From Oscillospiraceae bacterium (lineage in GTDB: Bacteria; Bacillota; Clostridia; Oscillospirales; Oscillospiraceae): a DNA stretch of 64,000 bases. Each line of letters opens with the position of its first letter. Position 1 is the stretch's first letter. The stretch is taken from assembly GCA_015068025.1 (NCBI GenBank), contig SVLH01000006.1:9920-73919 (forward strand), in the 5' to 3' direction. Made by a program: the position numbers and the translations under genes. The notes under the pieces are model-generated. The model worked only from the letters and a program-made list of their open reading frames with translations. It ran no database searches and was not told the DNA's origin. Shown one piece after another: positions 10,603-18,255 of this stretch.

Positions 10603-11036
10603 CCGATGGGAACCTCCAGTTTCTGAATATATTCGTCATAAATGGTGTGTACGGTGAACGACGCCTCCACCAGACTGCCCGTCCTTGAAAAGGAAAAGGT
10701 GTCCACGGCGGTGATATAGGGCAGGATCAGCAGGGCATCCCGGATATACTGCTTCAGTCGGCTCTCCAGAATGCCCTGGTCGGTGACGCCGCCCAGCAGA
10801 TGTTCCAGCTCGTTGCCGTAATCTGCGGACCATGCGGTGCAGCAAAAGCGCCGGCTTTCCGGGTGCAGGGCGCGCCAGACCCATATTTTCACGGCCTCGG
10901 TGCCGGTCACGGTGTAAAAGCTGCCGTTTCGCATGGCCAAGGTGCCGGCGTCCCAGTCCACGGCCCATTCGGTAAACGGGGGGAGCGTGCTGTTTGCGGT
11001 TTGCGCGGATACAGTCCCCCAGTCCGGAAAGATCAT
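10599..11036 (-). CDS. XkdS/DUF2634 sheath-initiator-like baseplate protein
   Basis: EWAVDW, VTGTEAVKIWVWRAL, DYGNEL, IRDALLILPYI, FTVHTIY. Confidence 0.85.
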   Translation of the reverse strand: MIFPDWGTVSAQTANSTLPPFTEWAVDWDAGTLAMRNGSFYTVTGTEAVKIWVWRALHPESRRFCCTAWSADYGNELEHLLGGVTDQGILESRLKQYIRDALLILPYITAVDTFSFSRTGSLVEASFTVHTIYDEYIQKLEVPIG

Positions 11037-11293
11037 GTGCTTGCCTCCTCGATTTGAAATAAGATCACAAACCCCTCCTCACAGGGCAGCAAGGCCACCT
11101 CACAGCCCAGATCCTCCTGCTCGAATGTCGTTCCGTGGGGGCAGAACAGGCCGCGGCTGATCTCCCGGCCCCGTACCTGCAGCGTCAGGGGAGAGAGGGA
11201 GGTCAGCGTGCCGAACAAGCCAACGGGGTTTCCGGCGGGCTTTGTTTGCAGGAGATCCAGGAGATCTCCGTAAATCATTCCGTTTGTGCCCAT
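11033..11293 (-). CDS. XkdR/DUF2577-like small baseplate (spike) protein
   Basis: 'GTLTSLSPLTLQV' and 'LGCEVALLP' patterns; lies between the XkdQ- and XkdS-like genes. Confidence 0.65.
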   Translation of the reverse strand: MGTNGMIYGDLLDLLQTKPAGNPVGLFGTLTSLSPLTLQVRGREISRGLFCPHGTTFEQEDLGCEVALLPCEEGFVILFQIEEAST

Positions 11294-11364
11294 GATTTTG
11301 GCTTCCTCGCTTTCTTTGTTTGTGTTTTCCGCACGGAGGCTTGAAAAACGCCCGTGCGAAGCGG

Positions 11365-12258
11365 TCATTTCCGTATGAATTCCAGCTGCATGGCGGTGGT
11401 GTAGATGCCGCCCTCCCAGCGATGCTCCGCGGCGGTGACGGCGTATACGCCGTCCAGCCCCCACTCACTGCGGTGCAGTTCGACGGCACAGCCGCAGCGA
11501 TAGTTCAGGTTGCCCATCACCGTCACTTCGCCCCGCAGGCTCCGTCCGGTCAGCGCGGCCTTTGCCTGTGCCGCAGGGTCGTCGCCGTTTTGCGGCAGGA
11601 AGGTCTGGAACTGTCCGTAGGCAGAGATGTCGTCAGGGCACTCTGCCGCGGCGCGGGCGATGTTCTTCCGATCCACCACGGTGCAGCGGTTGACCATGTG
11701 TGCAAGGGATGCCGTGCCGGAGACTTCCAGCACCTGGGAGGGCTGCAGCACATAGACGATGTAGGCATGCTTTGTCACGCACAGGGCATCGTCCCGAATA
11801 GAGATCTCAAACTTCTCTCCCACGGTCTGCCGCAGGATGGAAAATGCACTTTCTCCGGAATAAGAGGCGAAAAAGCGCATCCCCGGCCCGGTCTCCACCG
11901 TGCCGACGGCAATGCCAAGTTCCTCGGCGACCTGCTCCACGATGTCCGCGCTCTCACCGAAGTATGCGCCCCGCAGCTCGTTGCGGGTGAGGAAGATGCC
12001 ACGGTCATACGCGGTGAGGATCACGCGTTCCGGCGTGCGTTCCAGCACATGGATGCTGCCCAGAAACGCCTCCTTGCCGTCGTCATCCAGCAGCCGGACG
12101 GGATCACCCAACGCGAGGGACAGTTTTTGGATATAGGTATCCGCGGCGGCCAGAAGGATGGTGGCAGTAAGGGTGGCGGCAGCTTCGCTGCGCGCCTTGT
12201 GCAGCGTCAGGGACTCCAGCACGGGAAGGATCATCTGCTGTCCGATGTATAGCTTCAC
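11365..12258 (-). CDS. XkdQ/YqbQ-like baseplate hub protein
   Basis: LGDPVRL..FLGSI, LTAYDRGIFL, AEELGIAVG, YGQFQ, YAVTAAEHRWEGGIYT; synteny. Confidence 0.85.
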   Translation of the reverse strand: MKLYIGQQMILPVLESLTLHKARSEAAATLTATILLAAADTYIQKLSLALGDPVRLLDDDGKEAFLGSIHVLERTPERVILTAYDRGIFLTRNELRGAYFGESADIVEQVAEELGIAVGTVETGPGMRFFASYSGESAFSILRQTVGEKFEISIRDDALCVTKHAYIVYVLQPSQVLEVSGTASLAHMVNRCTVVDRKNIARAAAECPDDISAYGQFQTFLPQNGDDPAAQAKAALTGRSLRGEVTVMGNLNYRCGCAVELHRSEWGLDGVYAVTAAEHRWEGGIYTTAMQLEFIRK

Positions 12259-12911
12259 AGCACGATCACCTTCCCGATCTGCAACTTGCGGGGATCGGAG
12301 ACCCCGTTTTTGGCGGCCAGTTCCTGCCAGCGGGTGCCGTCACCGAAGAAACGGCAGGCGATATCCCACAGGGTGTCGCCCTTTTTCACGGTGTAGGTCT
12401 GGGGCGTGACGCGCTCGTCCGTTCTGGCAGGTGCGGACTGCACCCCGCCGGACGGCGCTTTGCCGGACTGCGCCCCCACGGACTGCTTTTCCGCAAGAGC
12501 CGCCAGAGCGGATTTGAATTTGTACTCCCGCAGGGTGACGGAGATTCCCACATCCGGGTCACCTTCCCGCAGGTACTCCGTCACGTCCTCGATCAAAAAA
12601 GCATCGTTGATGTCGCTGCCGGAGAGGATCAGGCGGATGGGATCGCCGGAGTCCTGCCAGCTTTTCAGCATGGAGAGAATCGTCTCCGGGTCGTTCCCGT
12701 CGGAAAAGGGCGAGTGGGCGGCGGGGAGAAAGGTGGTCAGCCGCACCTCCCGCAGACCCCGTCCGCCCCAGAGATTCACGGTGCCGCCCATGGCCAGAGA
12801 AGCCACGCGGTTTCGGTTGGGGCGGGAAACGGAGATCTCCGCGGGGTTGACGGCAAAGTAAATACGTTCTGCTCCGTTGTTGTGCCAGAGCAAAACGGTT
12901 CTGGTGTTCAT
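12255..12911 (-). CDS. XkdP-like tube initiator with C-terminal LysM domain
   Basis: FAVNPAEI N-terminal domain; YTVKKGDTLWDIACRFFGDGTRWQELA..N...DPRKLQIG LysM. Confidence 0.9.
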   Translation of the reverse strand: MNTRTVLLWHNNGAERIYFAVNPAEISVSRPNRNRVASLAMGGTVNLWGGRGLREVRLTTFLPAAHSPFSDGNDPETILSMLKSWQDSGDPIRLILSGSDINDAFLIEDVTEYLREGDPDVGISVTLREYKFKSALAALAEKQSVGAQSGKAPSGGVQSAPARTDERVTPQTYTVKKGDTLWDIACRFFGDGTRWQELAAKNGVSDPRKLQIGKVIVL

Positions 12912-12921
12912 AACAGTCCTC

Positions 12922-13815
12922 CTATCTTACAGCGGCCGCATTGCGCAGCCCCGCCAGAATGCGGCGTGCTACCCGTTCTGCCAGCGCGTCTTCGTCGATG
13001 GCCTCCCGGGTTGGATACGATGTCCTGACGTCAGCGGCGTCTTTCAGCGCAATTTCTGCGGGTGGCGCAGCAGCTTCGCCCACGAACTGGTCATCGGAAG
13101 CGGCGGAGAGCTGTGCGGCTGGGGGGATGACCGGGTGTACCGTCGGCCATTCTGCCGGCGCACTGTGGGCAAATCCCGGCGCTGCAAGCTGCGGGATCTC
13201 AATGGAAGATACTGCTGCAGGCTGCCGGAGAATGGAAAGATTTCCCGAAGCGACGTTCTTGGGTGCGGCCCGTGTGGGGTCGACGGCAGGCGAAGCCTCC
13301 GGTACGGCAAGGGCTTCGCGGAAAACGGCAGGTGCCTCCGGAGCGGCCGGCGCTTCGTTGGAAACGGCAGGTGCTTCCGATGCGGCAAGGAGGCCCCGGG
13401 AAAGGGCGGGCAAGGGGGCGGGAACGGTGAGATCACCGCCCGCCGCATCTTCATCCGCGCCTGCCGGCAGGGATGCTTCTTCTGCCTGTGCGGTGCGCTC
13501 CGGGAGAGATTGATCCATCCCGCTCAGTTCCAGGATTGTCCGGACGGCAGATTGCGTTTCATCTTCCGAGAGAAATGCCATGATCTCGTCCGGCTGAAAA
13601 AGGCTGCCCGCCTTGCGCAGATCTTCTCCGGCCGCCTGCAGTTCCCTGCAGGCGGCGTAGAGGACGGCGCGCGCGCCACCGGCGCCGCGCAGCAGCGCGG
13701 TCAATTCTGCCGGAGGCAGCGCTTCCACGGTCAGAACGCCCAGCGCACCGCATGCGACCTGTGCGCGATTTCCTTTGCGGGAGAGGCGCTCCCGCAGAAT
13801 ATCCGTCAGAGCCAT
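12922..13815 (-). CDS. XkdN-like tail chaperone fused through an Ala/Pro-rich linker to a tape-measure-C-terminus-like helix
   Basis: first ~100 aa end in 'PDEIMAFLSEDETQSAVRTILELSGM'; low-complexity middle; C-terminus 'EAIDEDALAERVARRILAGLRNAAAVR'; occupies the chaperone+TMP slot. Confidence 0.55.
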   Translation of the reverse strand: MALTDILRERLSRKGNRAQVACGALGVLTVEALPPAELTALLRGAGGARAVLYAACRELQAAGEDLRKAGSLFQPDEIMAFLSEDETQSAVRTILELSGMDQSLPERTAQAEEASLPAGADEDAAGGDLTVPAPLPALSRGLLAASEAPAVSNEAPAAPEAPAVFREALAVPEASPAVDPTRAAPKNVASGNLSILRQPAAVSSIEIPQLAAPGFAHSAPAEWPTVHPVIPPAAQLSAASDDQFVGEAAAPPAEIALKDAADVRTSYPTREAIDEDALAERVARRILAGLRNAAAVR

Positions 13816-14258
13816 TATTCAGCGGCCTGAATGCGCTCCAGACACTGGAGATCGCTGGGGCGGAAGCGGAAGGGCAGCTTCTGCTGGTTCACCTCGCCCA
13901 TCTTGTAGCCGATGAAGGGCAGCTCGGTGAATGCCACGCCGGAGATGCTGTAGCGCTCCTCCATGCCGCCGGCGGCGTCGGGATCCTTCAGGGCGGTGGT
14001 GATGGTGCAGCGCTTGTCCAGGCCATTTTTGGCCTGCTCCAGAACCTCGAAGAAGCGGCTGTAGACCTGCTTCAGGGTCATGGTACCCTCGCCGGAATAG
14101 CCGGTGATCTTGCTGTCGATGTCCATGCCGAACTGCACCTTTTCCCGCTGCACCTTGACGGTGAGGGTCAGCTCGCTCAGTTCGGCAATGCGTGCGCCGT
14201 CCACCCAGACCTCGGCGAAGGAGCCGGACAGGGTGCGGTTTGCCTGTAAATTACTCAT
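13815..14258 (-). CDS. XkdM-like tail tube protein
   Basis: LSGSFAEVWVDG, SKITGYSGEGTMTL, LKDPDAAG...ER, KLPFRF. Confidence 0.92.
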   Translation of the reverse strand: MSNLQANRTLSGSFAEVWVDGARIAELSELTLTVKVQREKVQFGMDIDSKITGYSGEGTMTLKQVYSRFFEVLEQAKNGLDKRCTITTALKDPDAAGGMEERYSISGVAFTELPFIGYKMGEVNQQKLPFRFRPSDLQCLERIQAAE

Positions 14259-14276
14259 GATTCGTCATACCTCCTG

Positions 14277-15305
14277 TTACATGGCGATGCGCAGGGAGAG
14301 ATCTTCCATGGCGTCGCAGAATGTCAGGTTTGCCTCCAGAAAGACCTCACTGCCGGTGTTGGCGCGCAGGATCTCGGCGTCCGTCATGCCGTCGGTGTCG
14401 ATGCCCCTGGATTCCAGATAGGCCTTCTGCCCGGCAAAAGACACAAAGCAGCGGTTGTCGGCGGTCTTGTCCAGCACGTCGCCCGCCAGGGCGGTCAGAT
14501 AGGCGTTGATGGCGGTGACCAGCAGCAGTTTGTTGTCGTAATCGTTGAGAACCTTGCCGATATAGCCGGACTCGAAGGTTCTGGCGATATCGGTGCGGAT
14601 CAGGTCGATGCCCTCCACGATCTTGATCTTCTGGAAGGGTGCGCCCTTGTCGGCGGTCAGGCTGGTCAGGGAATTGACGGCGCGGCCCAGACGATAGCCG
14701 TCCTGTCCTCTGACGATGATGAGCTTGCCGGCGTCCACTTCGGCGTCGGCATCTTCGTAGCCTGTGCAGGACACCACCTCGTCCAGCGCCACATAGGTGG
14801 CGGAACGGGTCAGGGGGAGAGCCGCCAGAATGGCAGCAACGCGGACGGTGTAGTCGGCGGCGTCAATGGCGCCGTCGTCCAGGATCAGGTCGTCCGCGCA
14901 CAGATTCACAATTCCCTCGCAGTCGGATGCCGTATCGGCCACCACGGCCTTGACGCCGCGGCCACAGCTGCGCTGGTTCTTGATGAAACTCACGACCTCG
15001 TCGGACTCCATGCCGGGGGCGGCCAGCCAGTCGAAGGGCAGCCGCTCCAGAGCGGACAGCGCGCCGTCGCCGGCACGCAGGACGCACACCTTGGAGGGGG
15101 CGGCGCGGAATGCCAGCTTCAGCAGACGGTAATTGTCCGCGGTAAACTGCTCCGCGGGGACCTCGGAGAGATTGCGGTAGACGGCCTCGGCGGCCCCGCC
15201 GGCGGTGTTGTCGTCCAGCACCAGAGCCAGAATGCCGCGGGCAGAGCGGGTGATCGCGGATACGGCCGCGGTTTCAAATGCAATAAAAATTTCGGGTAAA
15301 CCCAA
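14277..15305 (-). CDS. contractile tail sheath protein (clostridial myophage/diffocin type)
   Basis: TTG start after GGAGG; MGLPEIFIAFETAAVSAITRSARGILALVL, RSATY, RAVNSLT, FQKIKIVE, YIGKVLNDYDNKLLL, DAMEDL. Confidence 0.93.
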   Translation of the reverse strand: MGLPEIFIAFETAAVSAITRSARGILALVLDDNTAGGAAEAVYRNLSEVPAEQFTADNYRLLKLAFRAAPSKVCVLRAGDGALSALERLPFDWLAAPGMESDEVVSFIKNQRSCGRGVKAVVADTASDCEGIVNLCADDLILDDGAIDAADYTVRVAAILAALPLTRSATYVALDEVVSCTGYEDADAEVDAGKLIIVRGQDGYRLGRAVNSLTSLTADKGAPFQKIKIVEGIDLIRTDIARTFESGYIGKVLNDYDNKLLLVTAINAYLTALAGDVLDKTADNRCFVSFAGQKAYLESRGIDTDGMTDAEILRANTGSEVFLEANLTFCDAMEDLSLRIAM

Positions 15306-15354
15306 TGAAAAAGCCTCCTTTTTCCGACCTGCCGCAGCAGGTGCGGTTAATCTG

Positions 15355-15777
15355 TCAAATCTCAAAATGCAGAATATTCATGCGATCTGTGGCCGGAGGA
15401 ACGGCAGTTTCCGCAGGCGGGACAGGAACGCACAGCTCCAGGGAGAATGTCAGACATTCCTCCTCCGTGCGGATGTTCAGCGGATGCAGGTTCCGGGGCG
15501 TACCGGCCAGCTCCAGCGGGATTCCCCGCAGCAGGGGCGGCACGAGGGAAGACAAAAGCGCCATGTTCCCATCCCGTTCCCGGTCACTGACGGCGGTGAC
15601 TGTCACCTGATAAGAGTGTTCCGCCTGCTGTCCGCCGCAGAGAAGAACGGTGCCGTTCTCCTGCACGGATACCGCCAGCAGGGGATATTCTCCCCGGATG
15701 CGGGTGCGGTCGGAAACGGTTTTCACACCGGCTTGCTCCTGCAAGTACGCCCTTACGGCCTCCTGAATGATCTTCAC
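15355..15777 (-). CDS. putative tail terminator/neck protein
   Basis: 140 aa ORF directly upstream of the sheath, GTG start overlapping the previous stop; assigned mainly by synteny. Confidence 0.55.
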   Translation of the reverse strand: MKIIQEAVRAYLQEQAGVKTVSDRTRIRGEYPLLAVSVQENGTVLLCGGQQAEHSYQVTVTAVSDRERDGNMALLSSLVPPLLRGIPLELAGTPRNLHPLNIRTEEECLTFSLELCVPVPPAETAVPPATDRMNILHFEI

Positions 15778-16124
15778 GGCTCTGCCACCTCCATGATGTC
15801 CACAACGGTCACACAGTGGGAGGGATAGAGAATGCTGTCGGACGTTCTTCCGTGAAACACTCTGCCCGCGGTGTCCGACACCTCGACCCGGTCTCCCAGC
15901 TGAAAGGTGCGCTGGGGAAGGGTATACAGGCTGAGGCGGTACGCCGCCTCCGGCAGCACATAGGTGCTGTCGGGAGGGGCGGGAGCCGCGACTCTTGCCA
16001 GTCGGCTGAGGGCGCATTTTTCGTTTTCACAGACCGGCCTTTCCCCGTCCGGCCCCATCCGCCACGCGGAAACGCGGTGGTAGTAGGTGCGGGAGAGGAT
16101 TGCCGCACAGGCGTTGTCGGTCAT
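15774..16124 (-). CDS. head-closure (stopper) protein
   Basis: 'TYYHRVSAWR...VCENEKCALS...LGDRVEV...YPSH' pattern of Firmicute phage head-closure proteins; synteny. Confidence 0.65.
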   Translation of the reverse strand: MTDNACAAILSRTYYHRVSAWRMGPDGERPVCENEKCALSRLARVAAPAPPDSTYVLPEAAYRLSLYTLPQRTFQLGDRVEVSDTAGRVFHGRTSDSILYPSHCVTVVDIMEVAEP

Positions 16125-16447
16125 GCGTCATCCCTCCCCAGCCGGCGGAGGCGGCGGAAGGGCGCAAGCCCTGCAAGGGGGCTTCCTGCGGCGCTGCCGG
16201 TGTCATAGGTGATGGAGGTGTCGCCGCGGGTCAGCGCCTTGACTGCCGTGCCGTTTCCGTCAGCAGCGGCTGCCACCAACTGCGCCAGCGGCAGCTCCAT
16301 CGCCTCGGGGACATCCTCTCTGCCGCAGTAGGCGAGGGCCCACAGCACCACCATGGAGGTCAGCGCGTCGCCGTTTTCTCCGAGGGAGCGGTCCAGAAGA
16401 AGTTCCGCCTTGCTCCGGACAGAGGGGATCTTGTCAGCGGCGCTCAT
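16121..16447 (-). CDS. head-tail connector (SPP1 gp15/HK97 gp6-like)
   Basis: 'ALAYCGREDVPEAME' and 'VKALTRGDTSITY' motifs; follows the capsid gene. Confidence 0.8.
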   Translation of the reverse strand: MSAADKIPSVRSKAELLLDRSLGENGDALTSMVVLWALAYCGREDVPEAMELPLAQLVAAAADGNGTAVKALTRGDTSITYDTGSAAGSPLAGLAPFRRLRRLGRDDA

Positions 16448-17379
16448 TACGCCTCCACGATGGCGCCGACGGAAGCCAGACGCTTTTCGGGCACGAACAG
16501 GTCGTACAGGTAGCGGGCCTGAATGGAGGTGCCGTCGAAGAACTGGTTTTCCTGGGGGCCGAACTGCTTGATGGAATCCAGCTTGCTGACCGCCAGGGGG
16601 GTGTCGCAGTGGGCGATGACCACGGCGATGTCCTGTGCGCCGGAGCCGGCAACGATGCCGCCGTCGTTTTCGTCGCCGTCCTGAATGGTCACGGCGGTCT
16701 TCATGCGATTCTGGGGCACGAAGATGCAGGGCAGGTCGTCCAGCATCATGACATTGTCATAGGTCACACCGTTGATGGAAACGCTGTTGCCGAAGGTGAT
16801 GCTGTGATAGGTGTCGTTGGCGGCCTCCAGGAAGGCGGTCTTGTTCTTGTGGCTGATGAGAGCCACATAGCCGTCCATCTCCTCGGCGTCGTCGCGGATG
16901 GTCTGCAGCAGACCGCTGACGGTGGCAATGGCGTTGTCCTTGGTCAGGGTCTGGGTGAGAATGTGGGTGTCGCTGTGGGCGCTGTCGGCGGCCAGAGAAT
17001 ACAGCTTGTTGATGCGATACATGTCCTGTTCACGCACCAGAGCAGAGCGGGAGAATTCGCGGATGACGTTCTCGGCGGTAACGATGAAGCCGGTGTCATT
17101 GGGGTCGGTGCGGTCCAGAGCGAACTTCACGCCGCGGTCCATGGAGAGGGGATAGCTCTTCCATGCGTTGGTCACCGTACCGCTGGGATAGGCGGAGCCG
17201 TCGGACTTGGTGGCGTCATAGCTGCCAAGGCCGGTGGTGGACAGGGTGGAGATCTCCACATTGCGGCCGCCGGCGAAACGGATCTTGCCTGCCTCGGGGA
17301 CCATCCATGCGGTGGCGGAAAGGGCGGTCATCTCCTCGTCGATGAACTGCTGGTATGCTTTTGCGTAGTCGAATGCCAT
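16447..17379 (-). CDS. phage major capsid protein
   Basis: 'FAGGRNVEISTLSTTGLGSYD...YPSGTVT..W..YPLSMDRG..F..D..D', 'EQDMYR', C-terminal 'QARYLYDLFV'; strong RBS aggagg. Confidence 0.85.
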   Translation of the reverse strand: MAFDYAKAYQQFIDEEMTALSATAWMVPEAGKIRFAGGRNVEISTLSTTGLGSYDATKSDGSAYPSGTVTNAWKSYPLSMDRGVKFALDRTDPNDTGFIVTAENVIREFSRSALVREQDMYRINKLYSLAADSAHSDTHILTQTLTKDNAIATVSGLLQTIRDDAEEMDGYVALISHKNKTAFLEAANDTYHSITFGNSVSINGVTYDNVMMLDDLPCIFVPQNRMKTAVTIQDGDENDGGIVAGSGAQDIAVVIAHCDTPLAVSKLDSIKQFGPQENQFFDGTSIQARYLYDLFVPEKRLASVGAIVEA

Positions 17380-17448
17380 TCAAAAAACCTCCTGAATTTG
17401 TTTTGCGGGCAGCTGCTCCCTTATGGCTGAAACCAGCCATTTGAGGCT

Positions 17449-17502
17449 ACTTTAGCGCAAAAAAAGACCCCTGCCGCGGGAAGCGTTTCCAAAAAACGCG
17501 GC
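17449..17502 (-). promoter_or_regulatory. putative activator-dependent promoter of the capsid-tail operon (GCCGCGTTTT-N8-GCTTCC-N24-TAAAGT)
   Basis: same boxes and spacing as upstream of the portal gene; a 7-bp hairpin (17423-17440) would sit at the transcript 5' end. Confidence 0.7.
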
Positions 17503-17516
17503 CCGCGGAGGGGAAC

Positions 17517-17546
17517 AAAAAAACGGCCGCTTCAGCAGCCGTTTTT
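17517..17546 (-). terminator. terminator insulating the capsid operon from the upstream membrane-protein gene
   Basis: aaaaacggc...gccgttttt hairpin with a T run on the minus strand. Confidence 0.7.
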
Positions 17547-17549
17547 GAT

Positions 17550-18017
17550 TCAGAACAGGTGGATCACACCGGCGGTGACCAGAGCAACGATGAGACCGGC
17601 GACGCAGACGCCGCCAAAGATGGCAGGCAGGGCGGTCTTTATCCGCATATCCAGCACGCCGGCCACCAACGCACCGGTCCAGGCGCCGGTGCCGGGCAGG
17701 GGGATGGCCACCAGGATAAAAAGACCCAGCGTGCGGTACTTCTTTACGGTCTGCCCCTTCAGGTGGGCTCGCCGTTCCAGCCGGTCGATCAGCCCGCCCA
17801 GCTTGGGGAAACTCCGCAGCCAGGCGAAGACCCGCCGCAGCAGGAGCAGGATAAAGGGGACGGGGATCGTGTTGCCGATGATGGAAATCATGGTGGCTGC
17901 GGGCACACTCAATCCGGCGGCCACGCCCATGGGCAGAGCGCCCCGCAATTCGATCACAGGCACCATGGACATGAAAAAGGTCATGGCCGCAGCGCCGAGT
18001 AAGCTTTCTCCAAACAT
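17550..18017 (-). CDS. COG2426/'small multi-drug export' family membrane protein
   Basis: SMVPVIELRGALP, IGNTIPVPFI, VAIPLPGTGAWTGAL. Confidence 0.9.
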   Translation of the reverse strand: MFGESLLGAAAMTFFMSMVPVIELRGALPMGVAAGLSVPAATMISIIGNTIPVPFILLLLRRVFAWLRSFPKLGGLIDRLERRAHLKGQTVKKYRTLGLFILVAIPLPGTGAWTGALVAGVLDMRIKTALPAIFGGVCVAGLIVALVTAGVIHLF

Positions 18018-18168
18018 AGTCCTCTCCGTTTCGCAGGCTGGCCTGCTTGTCTTTCTGCACAGTATGGTAGCACGAAAAGCGGTTTGCCGCAACGGGGATT
18101 TTTGCGTATTGTCGTTAAGAGACCCGGGTTTCTCCCGCACTCCCCCGGGGCGGCGGGGAATTAGAGGG

Positions 18169-18197
18169 TTGAAAAAAAGGAGGGCTTGCTCTATAAT
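18169..18197 (+). promoter_or_regulatory. sigma-A promoter
   Basis: TTGAAA-17-TATAAT upstream of the O-antigen-ligase-family gene. Confidence 0.7.
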
Positions 18198-18255
18198 GAT
18201 CGCGGTAAGAAAGGCCGAAACGGCGTATTTTATGAAAGCCCTGTAAGGGTAAGAG

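Noticed and set aside
9314-15305. Classical eCIS (Afp/PVC) or T6SS
   Set aside because: Components are PBSX/diffocin (Xkd)-type; no Afp15-like ATPase, VgrG/PAAR or membrane complex was recognised, and head genes are present.
16447-17379. Encapsulin shell
   Set aside because: It is co-transcribed with head-tail connectors and tail genes, a portal and scaffold are present, and no cargo enzyme is adjacent.
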